From Eledone cirrhosa (lineage: Eukaryota), in assembly GCA_964016885.1 (NCBI GenBank), contig OZ024742.1, positions 195,052,001 to 195,116,000 of the forward strand: a DNA stretch of 64,000 bases, in the 5' to 3' direction. Shown here in pieces: positions 26,705 to 41,042 of this stretch; position 1 is the first letter of the stretch; every line of letters begins with the position of its first letter. The notes below the pieces were generated by a model that was not told the DNA's origin, searched no databases, and worked only from the letters and a program-made list of their open reading frames with translations. A program made the translations under genes and the position numbers.

Positions 26705-26860
26705 AATCAGATCGACCCCAGTGCGAACTTTATTTTATCGGCCTCGCAAGGATGAGAACCAAAGCTAACCTCGGCGGGATTTGAACTCAGAACGTAAAGG
26801 GATGTAACTATAGGCCACAAAGCATGTTTTCCGATGCCTACCAATACTGACAATCCACCA
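26705..26860 (-). mobile_element. SINE family A (diverged)
   Basis: AACCTCGGCGGGATTTGAACTCAG...CAATCCACC. Confidence 0.75.
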
Positions 26861-27199
26861 TAGAATGGTTGCTGTATTTTGTACAATACGGGAATCAACA
26901 AGAGCCACCAAGTCCAACTGAGAGCATCTTGATGGCTCTGTCTGAACAGAAGTGACAGGTGATGCTATGGCGATTACGTTATATAACCCACTGAATCACC
27001 AAGTAACTTAAAGATACAACTATGATGATGTGTACAAGAATGTTTATCCGTATGTGTATGAAGAAAAAACTAGAACAAATTGTAGGGAAATTATGGTATG
27101 ACAGAGAGAAATAGTCAAAATACTAATATCCTTTTATCCTGTTTAATACTATGGATACAGTATAACCGATTGGTTAAAAATTCGCTTCACAATCATTAA

Positions 27200-27259
27200 A
27201 TCCCTCATCATCATCATCATCTTAACTATGATCATCATCATAGCCATCATTATCATTAC

Positions 27260-27312
<53 letters not shown>

Positions 27313-27440
27313 CGACCACCATGAACACCACCATCTTCATTATCACCATCATCACTACCAGAATCAACACCCACCATCATCATCAACACATCATCACCAC
27401 CATCTTCCTCCTCATCATCATCATCATCATCATCAACACC
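27200..27440. repeat. (CAT)n microsatellite
   Basis: Direct observation. Confidence 0.95.
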
Positions 27441-28038
27441 CCATCAAGAATCATAATTACGAAGGGAACTTCTTAACCATCCGGCCACGTTACAGTGACC
27501 CAGAAAACAATAATCAATAATTAAAAAAAGTCATTAGATTTTCTTCTAGAATTTTATTCGGAAAAAAAAAAACATAAAGAAAAAAATTACATTACAAGAA
27601 AAATCTTCACCTATCGACACTACACAGCACACACCTGAGCCAGCGAGGAAGCCTCTAAGTGGTCACTAGATGTGCTTGAAATAGAAACCAAATCTCCCTC
27701 AAATCATACCGTATTTTTTTTTTTTTATTAAAAAGAAAATTACATACTGAATATTGTAATCCCAGATACGTTATGCCTGAAATAAATAGCATGGATACGA
27801 TAGAAAGGCTTTCAATCATAGGTCAGTTTTATCTAAGTTAATTTGGAGCTAAATTAGAAACTATGTCACAATACACACAACTGAATAGTTTTTCCCGTGA
27901 ATGAAACAATATTTTGTTCAGAATTGTCTTTCCATGCGTATATTTCCGAGTTCAATATATCTAAAAATAAGTTGATAACAGACACTCACTAACTCACTAT
28001 CGTGTAGCAGAAGAAATATATATATATATATATATATA

Positions 28039-28452
28039 TACGATATTAAATAAATGGAAACTATATTTATAAAACCATATGTATTTCATTATATATATTT
28101 CAGGGATATCATATTAAAAATATGGTATGCCTTCTTCAGGCAAAATACAATATAAACAGTCTTATAAATAGATAGATTTGACATACCTTACAACTTCAAC
28201 TTCCATTTAAAAAGTTGATTTGGTAGTCAAATCTATCTATTTATAAGACTGTTTATATTGTATTTTGTCTGAAGAAGGCATACCATATTTTTAATATGAT
28301 ATCCCTGAAATATATATAATGAAATAAATATGGTTTTATAAATATAGTTTCCATTTATTTAATATCGTAAATATACTCCAAATACTTGTTGAGTGCTTTT
28401 ATATCAGTTATAAATATTTACTCGTTGTAACCCAACAATTTAAATAAAACTT

Positions 28453-28455
<3 letters not shown>
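28039..28455. mobile_element. Second member of the 24214-25290 family: 144-bp inverted arms (28039-28182 / 28226-28369), each with a hammerhead
   Basis: HHR at 28261-28326 (plus): TATTTTGT-CTGAAGA-AGGCATACCATAT...ATATGATATCCCT-GAAA-TATATATA-ATGAAATA; mirror 28082-28147 (minus). Confidence 0.8.
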
Positions 28456-28495
<40 letters not shown>

Positions 28496-28497
28496 CG

Positions 28498-28754
28498 TCC
28501 AGAAATAGCCGTCGAAACGGCTTGAGCTCTGCCGTCGGGGTCTTGAACATTTTCCTATATATATATATATATAACGAAGGAGTTGTGGTAAGGAGCCAGA
28601 TGGACCATAACGCACCAGAGTACTCAATACTTAGAGTAGTAGAGTGGGTAATAAGAAAATGTTTAACCTCGACGGCAGAGCTCAAGCCGTTTCGACAGCT
28701 ATTTCTGGACTCCAGAAATAGCCGTCGAAACGACTTGAGCTCTGCCGTCGGGGT

Positions 28755-28756
<2 letters not shown>
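28498..28756. repeat. 44-bp unit present three times; two copies form a 93-bp palindrome centred at 28710
   Basis: TCCAGAAATAGCCGTCGAAACG(G/A)CTTGAGCTCTGCCGTCGGGGT at 28498 (+), 28666-28709 (-) and 28711 (+). Confidence 0.85.
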
Positions 28757-28785
<29 letters not shown>

Positions 28786-29150
28786 TTCATTTTTCAGGAA
28801 CATATATCCAATATGTCCTTTTTCTTATTTGAAACGGTAAAGTTTGATTTGAGAAGACTTGTTTGTTTTTTTCTTTGCAGCTGCAGCGGCCATGTTAAGA
28901 CTACATTGTTGACTAGTAAGCATTAACTATTGGATTGTTATCGACATTGTTGTACCTTGGAGAGGAAAGATGGACGAACGTTTCCACTCCACCTCTCATT
29001 TCTCATATTTTAACACTTGCAGACATCATGGCTCTAAAAGTGATAAGCTTATCATTATTATAATGATTACTCACTACTGAATTCTACTGGCATTTGAAAT
29101 ATACCACAGTAAGTCACGAAACATTATTGTTATTTTTATTATTATTATAT

Positions 29151-29677
<527 letters not shown>

Positions 29678-29690
29678 CAGTAGCAGTAGC

Positions 29691-29735
<45 letters not shown>

Positions 29736-30298
29736 TTTCAACAAGGTGTATGTCCGTTTTGCTCATGTGTGTGTGTTATGTATGTGTTCGTGTGTACGGA
29801 TACATGTGCAGCATTGTCTTGTGAAGGTTTAAAGTTGTGTTTGTACACATGACATCAGCTTTGCTTTGTTGTGATGTGGAGGGATTAAGTCGGTAGAGAT
29901 TACCCTCTTTGTTGTGCAGTGTATGTGTAATGTGAGTTGTGTAATTTTGTTGTATCTGTCAATATGTTTCTTACGTGCTGTACAATGTGTTATGTGCTTC
30001 ACTGTCAGTTGTGTGGCTTGTGATTTATGTATCATTAATAAGTCACAGATATTTAGTGTGGAGTTTGTGTGAATTATTATTATTATTATTTCATATTTTT
30101 TTCATTGTTAAATTGGTTTTGTTATTGCGTATTTTTACTCAAATTTTATTGTAAACCCCCACTGTCCCTGTATTTGTATTGTCCCCTATATGTCGGCCTT
30201 TGTGGCCAATAAATGAAATCATTATTATTATTATTGTTGTTATTGTTGTTGGTAGCAGTAGTAGCAGGAGCAGCAGCAACACCAGCTGCAACATCAGC

Positions 30299-30348
<50 letters not shown>

Positions 30349-30819
30349 CTAGAGAAATGGTTGATTTTTATTATTGTTTGTCATTGTTGTTGCTGTTGTT
30401 GCTGTTGTAATTGTTACACCTGCTGCTGCTAGTGCCGCTGTTGCTACTGCTGGTGTTGCTGCTGCAGCATTCATCTTCGAAATATATCGATCTATAGTCG
30501 AGAACAGTGTCCATAGTCCGAATCATCCAGTTCGATACAATCCAGACCTTCTCTACAAGGACAAATATGCAAGGCGTCCTTCAAAATACACAGCTCTCCT
30601 TCATCGCGCATGCGTCGACATACCAGGTGACCAGCAGCTCTCTGTCCCTTGAAACTCGGTTGGTAGGCAAGAATCTAAGAAAAGATAGAAATACCGACGT
30701 GTAGTTTATGTGGATTGATACAATATACTTGAAGATAACCGACGTTTCAGGGATTTCCCCAAAGTCTAACAGAAAGATTAAAACATTTTTCGACTGATAG
30801 GGGAGTGAAGACAAACAGA

Positions 30820-30841
30820 ATTCTTTCTTTCTCTCCCTAAA

Positions 30842-30900
<59 letters not shown>

Positions 30901-30923
30901 CCCTAAATCTCTTTCTCTCTCTT

Positions 30924-31009
<86 letters not shown>

Positions 31010-31142
31010 TCTCTCTCTCGCTTTCTCTCTCTTTCTCTCTTTCACTCTCACTCACTCTTTCTCTCGCTCTCTTTTTCTTTCTCTCATTCGCTCTCACCCT
31101 CTTTTCTCTCTCTCTCTCTTTCCCTCTCCCTCTCTCTCTCTC
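30820..31142. repeat. (CT)n microsatellite
   Basis: Direct observation. Confidence 0.95.
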
Positions 31143-31594
31143 GTCACTGTATGATTTCTTTAACGATACAGACCACCCCAAGTATTCTCAACCTTCTGTT
31201 TACATTTTACATGATGTTAATAAAACAAGACACGATACCAGTGATTATATCAACACCTATGATATATGTAGCGTGGAATAGATACAGCATCACCGAATGT
31301 TTAAGAAATACGCTTCACAATCATGAGGTACCGGGTCCGAGCCTACTGCATGTTAGTTTTAGCAGCTTTCTTTATCATTGCCGTGGGTCGACCACAGCCT
31401 TATGAGTGGAATTTGAAGGCGGAAACTGTGGAAGCCCGTCAAATGTAATATATTGTCTAACATATTGTGTTAAGCTAATTTCGCTTAGGATAAAAGGCAA
31501 AGGTGACCTCAGCAGTAATTTAACTCAGAAACAGAAAGGGCTAGAACAAATAATGCCTTGCAGCTCTTTCTGCAGTATGATAAGGGTTTCTCAT

Positions 31595-32015
31595 TTAGGC
31601 ACAAGGCCAACAATTTTGGTGGATCGTGGAGTCGATTAAATCAATCCCACTACGTTACTGGTATTATATTTTATCGACCCCGTAAGGATGAAAGACAAAG
31701 CTAATCTCGATGGAATTTTAACTCAGACCGTAAAGGGGCGTAAGCATATTCTCTGATGTTCAACCAATACTGCCAACTCTTTCTGCTGTATGATAATGAT
31801 TTCTAATTTAGAGGTAAAGCCCGTCATTTGAAAGAGAAGAAAGTCGATTAACTTGACTCCAGCTCTATCTAGACTAGTAGTTTATTGTATCGACCTCAGA
31901 AGGATGGCAGGTAAAGGTCACCTCGGTGGGATTTGAAACCAGAAAGTAATGGACCGTAATTAAGTCCCACAAAGCATTTTGTCCGATGCTTTAGCGGTAT
32001 TACCAATACGCCGCC
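31595..32015 (-). mobile_element. Two diverged SINE family A copies
   Basis: GGCACAAGGCC...ATCGACCCCGTAAGGATGAAAG...CCAATACGCCGCCC. Confidence 0.75.
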
Positions 32016-32561
32016 CTGTTGATCGGAATAATAACGATAAGTCAATGTATCTAAAATGATTCTTTTCTGAAACTCAATGTATGCTACTATAAAATATATA
32101 GTTTATATAATCAACTCACTTCTGTCACACAGCAATGATCCAACGGGCAAGACGTCAGATTTTTAGGTTGGCATTCTTCTTCATTATCTAGCGAATATGA
32201 ACTGTCATCATCTGTAGTATTTTCCTGGTCAATGGGTTGGACAGGATTCCCATAAAGGACCTGAAAAAATATAAGATATGTAAACACTGATTAAAAATAT
32301 ATACATCTTTTCGAAAATAACAGAAGACAGTACGAAAAGAGGAAGGAGTTTTTAAGCATCTTCGCGACCTGTTAGAAATATAAGCTAAATCTCTTTGAAA
32401 TCACAACCAACTATCTCCAAATGAAAACAGATACAGCAGAGAATGTCAACTATGATATATAAATAGATGTGAGGGTCATAGCTGACTAGAAAACCTTTAA
32501 TCATAAGTCTGCTCGATCAGCGCTACGTATCCCAATATAGTATGTGTATGTGTTGATGGAT

Positions 32562-32752
32562 AGGCGGTGGATTGGCAGTATTGGTAGAGTGTCGGATGCC
32601 ATGCTTTGGCGCATAGAGTTACGGCCCTTGCCATTCTGAGTTCAAATCCCGCCGAGGTTAACTTTGCCTTTCATCCTTACGGGGTCGATAAAATAAAGTA
32701 CCAGTAATACACTGGGTAATTGCTGGCCTTGTGCCTAACGTAGAAACAATTA
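32562..32752 (+). mobile_element. SINE family A
   Basis: Full head, core and tail. Confidence 0.9.
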
Positions 32753-33219
32753 TGTGTATGTGTTGATGAAGGTGTGGATGGGTAAACCTGATAGAGCTTC
32801 GGTTATAATGACATTGCGGTATTTATTCTGGCTCTTGCATTCTGTGTTCAAACCCCACCAAGCCTTTCATTTTCCCGGAGTCGATGAAGTAAGGTATAAA
32901 TGAAATACTGAGTTGATTTAATCAACTTCACATATCCCACGAATTTGCTGGCTTAATGCCGGAATTAGAAATCAATATACGTGTATAAGTTATATAAGTT
33001 TATATGTTCTATAAAATGATAGCGTTGTCCAAGATAAACAGTGCCTGAAAATTAGATAAAATTATCAGTTTTAGAAGCCAGGTTTATCTGGAACAAACAA
33101 TAGCCATAGCAATAACAACTACCATAACAACAATTGATTTTAGTGCAGACTTGAAACCTAACCACACACTCAGCTCCGACTGAGCTTATATTGCGATTGC
33201 TGGCTAATTTTGACAACAT

Positions 33220-33355
33220 ATAGACATTACTGCTGAGGGCTTGGTCATATATTGGCACTGCTGAGGACCACGTGGCAATATATTGATATTGCTGAGGACC
33301 ACGTGTCAATAGATTGACATTGCTGGGACCACGTGACATTATATTAATATTGCTG
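33220..33355. repeat. About 31-bp minisatellite with CACGTG E-boxes
   Basis: TGCTGAGGACCACGTG.CAATA.ATTGA repeated; CACGTG at 33269, 33300, 33330. Confidence 0.8.
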
Positions 33356-33449
33356 GTGAGGTCTTGACAATATGGAATTCATTGTTGAACAATTTCAACA
33401 TTGTATAGTTATACAATGATGAAAGTATTTTTTTTTATGATTAAAATAA

Positions 33450-33846
33450 TTGTTTCTACTTTTGGCACTAGGCCAGCAATTACCCCAGTGTATTACTGGT
33501 ACTTTGTTTTATCGACCCCGCAAGGGTGAAAGGCAAAGTTAACATCGGCGGAATTTGAAATCAGATCATAAAGGGCCGTAACTCAATATTGCAAAGCATT
33601 GCGTCCGAACCTCTACCGAACTGCCAATCCACTATCTTATATAGGCAGATGGCCAGCAATTTTGGGGGAAGGGAAAGTCGATTAAATCGACCCCAGTTCG
33701 TGACTGGTACTTTATTTTATCGACCCCGTAAGGATGAAAGGCAAAATTAACCTCGGTGGGATTTGAACTCAGATCATAAAGGGCCGTAACTCTATGCTGC
33801 AAAGCATGGCGTCCGACCCTCTATCGATACTACCAATCCACCGCCC
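33450..33846 (-). mobile_element. Tandem SINE family A pair
   Basis: Two consecutive cores and heads. Confidence 0.88.
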
Positions 33847-34094
33847 TTTTAATGATTAAAATAATGAACAGGAAAAGAGAAAAGGCGAGAGAAAAGACAA
33901 ATGGAATAATTTAAAAAGTGGCGTGGGTGAAGAAAAGAAGGGAGTAAGCTCTACAGCCTTTGCAAGGGGGGTATATCTCAGCTGCGCCCCACGAACAAGA
34001 TGGCGAAGCATTACAGCGGAGAGCAACACACGATACCCGCTGTCGTTCAACCTCACACAGCTCATCTCTCAGGCGGGATGCACCCTTCCCGATT

Positions 34095-34352
34095 GTGTGG
34101 CCTATTGATAAGGGTGTTGGACTTACGATCGGAATATCGAGGGTTCGATTCCTGTGCTGGGTTACCTGTTGTGTTCTTGAGCAAAACACTTCATTTCACG
34201 TTGCTCCAGCATACTCAACTGAAAATGAGTACCAGCAATAGCTGTAGGTTTAATCCCGCGATGGACTGGGGTGTCTTTTATTCTCAGTCACTTCACGCCA
34301 TGAAACCGGGATAAGCACCGGTCCAACGAGCCTTCTGGCTTAAGACAGACTT
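34095..34352 (+). mobile_element. tRNA-derived SINE family B head/core (second copy 43168-43450)
   Basis: TGGCCTATTG (box A-like), GGTTCGATTCC (box B), core GTGTTCTTGAGCAAAACACTTCATTTCACGTTGCTCCAG...ACTCA.CTG. Confidence 0.75.
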
Positions 34353-34751
34353 CAGACATTTTTTTTTAGATACGGTAATCCACAGACAGAAGAGACTGGT
34401 GATGTCAAGGAGCGGTCAGTCAAGTCACGGTATTTGGATCTCTTCGTCTCCTCTTAAGGCTGACAGTGCCTGGCAATATGACTGAAAATTCTAAACTATT
34501 TACAAATAGTTGCCTCTGACTATTTTCTGAACTGCTATTTCTAGACAAGTGAAAATTAGAAATTGTATCTATAAGAATGGCTTCTTACTTCAGTTCTATC
34601 ACACGACCCATCAAAACATATTTTCTGATGAGAATTTACAACTAATTTGGTTTCTTTCTAGTGTTTTATTTTCACAGGAAACGATGAGAAAATGCTCTTT
34701 CTGCCAGTTTCAAATACAATCATGCTATTAACGTTATTTACTTTCTCTCGT

Positions 34752-34849
<98 letters not shown>

Positions 34850-35008
34850 GAGAGAGAGAGAGGGAGAGAGAGAGATGTGTGTATATATATATATGAACAC
34901 ATACACACATATACATATATATCTGTATGTGTGTGTGTGTGCCTGTGTGTGTGCATACATGCATGTCTGTATCTGTGTATGCATGTATGTAAGCCTATAT
35001 GTATATAT

Positions 35009-35289
35009 ACTTGTTCTTCTTTTTGGTAAATATCATCTTGGTTAAGAGAGTGGGACTGGCTTTGTGCAGTGCCCATGCTCACTATAAAAGCTTCACGGCA
35101 CAGGCATTGCTTTATATCTGGAGATCTCTCTGCACTTGTCGTCACATGGTACCATGGGCCCAAGACTATGTGTCAATAATTGTCACAAGTGTAGTGTTTG
35201 TACCAGAGTTTACAAGTCGCATCGGTAGGGGTTCTCCTACATGGATATAAAGTAGTGGCCGTACTCGAAAACGAGTTGGCAGCCACCAT
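35009..35289 (+). mobile_element. Truncated copy of the bipartite RTE-derived element
   Basis: Reverse complement of part of 39438-39750 with a short internal deletion; TATG-type tail. Confidence 0.85.
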
Positions 35290-36240
35290 GTATATATCTA
35301 TGTATGTACGTATGTATATATGTATGTACGTATGTGTGTATGTATGTACGTATGTATGCATGTATGTATATATATAACTATATATGTACGTGCGTGTGTG
35401 TGTAAGGATTAATTATGTAACCAAGTCAAAACGTTCTCCGTGGTCTTATTTTCCTGATGGCTAACTCTAACATTTTTCTATGGTTTCACACCTAATACAA
35501 CATTACATTACTTGTTCAATAACGTTTGTTCATGATGTCGTTCTTATTTTATTTATTACACATTTATACTTCTACTTTTTTAAATCAACTGAATAAAAAC
35601 ACTGTTGCTTTGGGGAACTTCTTTACAAATATTTCAAGAAACCATCATGATTGACGAAAATGATGTTCAAAATGGTTGCCAGAAGTTGAAAAATCTTCTG
35701 CTGTTGGAAAGGAGTATTTTAGCAATGTGTTTGTGTTTGTTTAGTTGGATGTTTGTAGTAGTTTGTTTCTTTTGATTGCTTTTTTTTGTATACCTCAACT
35801 TACTTCTGCTCGAATGATTAAACATCTTCACTTGCTTACCGTTTCTATGATTTCGTTTTCATAAAGGAAAAAGGCTGGATAAAGAATAAAAAATATCACA
35901 TAAGCTGTCAATGCTATATTAACAGCGAAAATAGAATCCTTTCTTATCTTTCAGAGTGGTTAGCTAAAACTATTCTTTTCTTTTATGATGTGAAATTTAA
36001 ACGGAATGAAAGCTATAGAAAGAACCGATGCGCAATGTGTTAAGAAGGATGAGTACAGAATGGGTAACATTCAGACTTAAGCTGAAATGAGGCTTGAAGG
36101 AAAAAGGAAAAGAGTTGCCTAAAGAAACTGTTTCTTTAGCAGTTCGATTAATAAATACTATGATTTAAAAAGAAAATAATTCAATTAAATAGTAATCAAT
36201 CAATAAATAAATAAACACAAACGCACAGACTATATAGATA

Positions 36241-36318
<78 letters not shown>

Positions 36319-36336
36319 CGTATGTGTATATGTATA

Positions 36337-36372
<36 letters not shown>

Positions 36373-36472
36373 TATATATTTTTGTATATACATATTAATA
36401 AATATATTTGTATATATATTTATAAATAAATATATTTATATTTATATATATAGGTATTAATTGTACAACATA

Positions 36473-36577
<105 letters not shown>

Positions 36578-36922
36578 GAATATATATATATATATATATA
36601 TACATAGAGAGAGAGAGAAAGAGAGAGAGAGAGATAATGTAAGTGTGCATATATATATGTGTATATGTATGCCTCTATGTATATATGTTGGTTGTGTGGG
36701 TATGTATATCTATATAATCATACACACAGACATATTTTATCGATCACTATTTCATAGATTCGCAAACTTTTACGGTTTTATAACAGTAAACAGAAACAGA
36801 AACATCTATATACAAACATATATACATACAAACATACATCATACATACATAAATGCATACATACATCATACATACATGCATACATACAAACATACATACA
36901 AACATACATACATACATACATA

Positions 36923-37335
36923 CATGGTGGCTGCCAACTCGTTTTCGAGTACGGCCACTACTTTATATCCATGTAGGAGAACCCCTACCGATGCGCTGAA
37001 CGAGTGTGACTTTTTAGTCCAGCCAGCGACTTGAAAACTCTGGTACAAACACTACACTTGTGACAATTACTGAAACATAGTGCTGGGCCCATGGTACCAT
37101 GTGACGACAAGTGCAGAGAGATCTCCAGATATAAAGCAATGCCTGTGCCGTGAAGCTTTTATAGTGAGCAAAGGCATTGCACAAAGCCAGTCCCACTCTC
37201 TTTACCAAGATGATATTTACCAAAAAGAAGAACAAGTCAACATGATTGGATACCATCAGGGTTGCAGGTGTTATATCAGAGTTTTCCTTCTCCTAGAATT
37301 CTGCCTTGACAAAGGCTAAGGGGTCATCTCTCCCA
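36923..37335 (-). mobile_element. Bipartite RTE-derived element, 5'-truncated, within (CATA)n
   Basis: Nearly identical to 39438-39842. Confidence 0.88.
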
Positions 37336-37394
37336 TACATACATACATACATACATACATACATACATACATACATACATACATACATACATAC

Positions 37395-37765
37395 AGAGAT
37401 CAGCTGCCCACTTGATGGAAACGTTGTCAGAAAAATACAGGAGAAGGAGGACATCTACGGGCCATTGATGAGGAGTTTACAAATCCAGTATCCAAGATAC
37501 ACCTTTAGCTTCATACCAATCATTATTGGAGCTACGGGCTATATACCAACCCGCTTGGACCAATGTATAACTGAACTTGGATTTGCGGACAAAGAGCGCA
37601 GCTCCCTAATTCATAGTATACAAATTGTTGCGATAGCTGGCACCTTCAAAATTTGCGAAAGATTCTTGCGATTCAAGGGATGACAATTTCTTTTCTTTTA
37701 CAACCTTGCCACCAGGAAGGTGGCCGGTCAAAAAAATATACTCGAAATTAAGAGAAAGAGATAAC
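37395..37765 (+). mobile_element. R4/Dong-like non-LTR element 3' end (restriction-like endonuclease C-terminus)
   Basis: [24 protein letters not shown]...IPIIIGATG; flanked by (CATA)n on both sides. Confidence 0.75.
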
Positions 37766-37837
37766 ATGCATACATACATACATACATACATACATACATA
37801 CATACATACATACATACATACATACATACATACATAC

Positions 37838-39240
37838 CAGAACCTGATGTATAAAATATATACAGCCTCCCAGAACCTATTCCAAGGTCACTGCAACAGT
37901 AATAACATAATTACAGATGATCAAGTAGCTGGAAGGATGGGTGTTTTGGAGTGTACTGAACAACTCCTAATTAACAAAACTGCGATGTCGGAGGTGCGAC
38001 AACTTGGTTACAGTCTGGATGGACTACTGGAAGCATTTATTCTGTTCCCCACTCTTTGATGATAGAGGCCCTCCGACTTGCTAAAGTCCCATACACTATT
38101 ATCAGAGTCATGGAGAATCTGTCTTCTTCTTGGGCTACTATCCTAAAGTTAAAAACAGAGAAGGAGGACTCTATTTTCAGTAATAAAATAGAATATCACA
38201 TGGGTATATTCAAGGAGACAGTCTCTCTGTTCTACTATGTATCCTGCCATTAAACTCCTTGTCCTTTCTGTTCAAGAAATGTAAAGAATACTCCATTGGT
38301 TCACAGGAGGACAGAAACACAAACCCATAATTTTTTTGTGGATAACCTGAAACGTAAATGGAATGAAGAAATATTTTGTCCTGGTTACAACTTTCTCAAA
38401 GGATATAGGAATGGAAATTAGCCAAGATAAATGTTCATATATGATTGTAAAGCGGGGAAAAACTACAACCCAATCTAGCAATATTTTTATCAATAGCCTA
38501 ACTGTTTCACTGACATCTGACGAGACTGCCACAGATACCTGGGGATAGATGAGAAGACATCCTATAATAGTATTTGTAATAAGGACGCGTAAATAGGGAA
38601 TATTACATCTGATTATGAAAAATATGATCATCGGGGCTCTCTGCGCACAATAAAACAGTAGCTCACAATGTGTTTGCTGTGCCAACGTTTGGAATACTGG
38701 ACTGGACGATAGACGAAATCCGAGCAATTGATATTAAAACCCGAAAAATCCTAAACAACACCGGAAACTTCCACATCAACAATGACATAAACCGCCTCTA
38801 CTTGATACGTAAGCTTGGAGGTGGAGGCCTAACATCAGTCCAGACAGCATTTGAGTATCGCATCAAATCCCTCCAACAACATTTACGAACCTCCTAGCGT
38901 AGGAGCCCATCTATTGAGCAAGTCTATCTGCATGAGACAGATAAGATGATGAGAGTTGGAAAGTAACCCCTTGAAAGATACTCCCTGCATGAAAATCAAA
39001 ACTCACACCCAGGGAAATTGCCCAGCAATACCGCAGTGAATCCATTGATGAAAAAGTGTATGCTTATCAGCAAAAAATGGATATGTTGCCAGGTATCTCC
39101 AGAGTGAGAGTAATATAGATAAGAAAAGTAGTCTATCTTGGACCAACAACCGCTATATTGACTATAGATATGTTGCCAGGTATCTCCAGTGTGAGAGTAA
39201 TATAGATAGGCAATGTAGTCTACCTTGGACCAACAACCAC
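37838..39240 (+). mobile_element. R4/Dong-like RT remnant, frameshifted
   Basis: QNLMYKIYT...CTEQLLINK...IEALRLAKVP...GIF...GILDWTIDEIRAIDIKTRKIL...RLYLIRKLGGGGL; starts right after (CATA)n; about 87-bp internal tandem duplication at 39080-39240. Confidence 0.75.
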
Positions 39241-39437
39241 ATCCACACATACAATAACATCCATATCTACACATGCATGCATACATACATATCTACCTAG
39301 TTGATGTTGTGTAAATTCCAATGAGAGAGTCTTGTGTCTATGTTAGAAACCGACTCTCTCTCTATTGGTAAAACTTTGTGAAATTATAAAACCAGAAGAA
39401 CATACATATATACATACGTACATACATACATTCATAC

Positions 39438-41042
39438 ATGGTGGCTGCCAACTCGTTTTCGAGTACGGCCACTACTTTATATCCATGTAGGAGAACCCCT
39501 ACCGATGCGCTGAACGAATGTGACTTTTTAGTCCAGCCAGCGACTTGAAAACTCTGGTACAAACACTACACTTGTGACAATTATTGAAACATAGTGCTGG
39601 GCCCATGGTACCATGTGACGACAAGTGCAGAGAGATCTCCAGATATAAAGCAATGCCTGTGCTGTGAAGCTTTTATAGTGAGCAAAGGCACTGCACAAAG
39701 CCAGTCCCACTCTCTTAACCAAGATGATATTTACCAAAAAGAAGAACAAGTCAACATCATTGGATACAATCAGGGTTGCAGGTGGTATATCAGAGTTTTC
39801 CTTCTCCTAGAATTCTGCCTTGACAAAGGCTAAGGGGTCATCACACCCGGTGATTTTGGATGGCCATTGACTCTTAAGAGCTCCTTTGCCCTTTGACAGG
39901 TTTTGTTTTTAGTCCTGCGGGATGTCCAAAGTCACCCTCCTCACCAAGAAACCTTGGTGGGGTTGCCAGTTTAGTCGCCAACGACCCGACCATGAGACAG
40001 GTTGTACTGGGATAAATACATACATACATGGTGGCTGCCAACTCGTTTTCGAGTACGGCCACTACTTTATATCCATGTAGGAGAACCCCTACCGATGCGC
40101 TGAACAAGTGTGACTTCTTAGTCCAGCCAGCGACTTGAAAATTCTGGTACAAACACTACACTTGTGACAATTATTGACACATATTGCTGTGCCCATGGTA
40201 CCATGTGACGACAAGTGCAGAGAGATCTCCAGATATAAAGCAATGCCTGTGCTGTGAAGCTTTTATAGTGAGCAAAGGCACTGCACAAAGCCAGTCCCAC
40301 TCTCTTAACCAAGATGATATTTACCAAAAAGAAGAACAAGTCAACATCATTGGATACAATCAGAGTTGCAGGTGGTATATCAGAGTTTTCCTTCTCCTAG
40401 AATTCTGCCTTGACAAAGGCTAAGGGGTCATCACACCCGGTGATTTTGGATGGCCATTGACTCTTAAGAGCTCCTTTGCCCTTTGACAGGTTTTGTTTTT
40501 AGTCCTGCGGGATGTCCAAAGTCACCCTCCTCACCAAGAAACCTTGGTGGGGTTGCCAGTTTAGTCGCCAACGACCCGACCATGAGACAGGTTGTACTGG
40601 GATAAATACATACATACATGGTGGCTGCCAACTCGTTTTCGAGTACGGCCACTACTTTATATCCATGTAGGAGAACCCCTACCGATGCGCTGAACAAGTG
40701 TGACTTCTTAGTCCAGCCAGCGACTTGAAAATTCTGGTACAAACACTACACTTGTGACAATTATTGACACATATTGCTGTGCCCATGGTACCATGTGACG
40801 ACAAGTGCAGAGAGATCTCCAGATATAAAGCAATGCCTGTACTGTGAAGCTTTTATAGTGAGCAAAGGCACTGCACAAAGCCTGTCCCACTCTCTTAACC
40901 AAGATGATATTTACCAAAAAGAAGAACAAGTCAACATGATTGGATACCATCAGGGTTGCAGGTGTTATCTCAGAGTTTTCCTTCTCCTAGAATTCTGCCT
41001 TGACAAAGGCTAAGGGGTCATCTCTCCCGAGGCTAAGGGGTC
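39438..41042 (-). mobile_element. Head-to-tail trimer (590-bp period) of a non-autonomous RTE-derived element
   Basis: Units 39438-40011, 40028-40601 and 40618-41042 (truncated). The 3' part encodes a C2H2 finger CSVCTRVFKSLAGLKSHIRSAH* (39499-39579, minus); (TATG)n tails. Confidence 0.85.
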
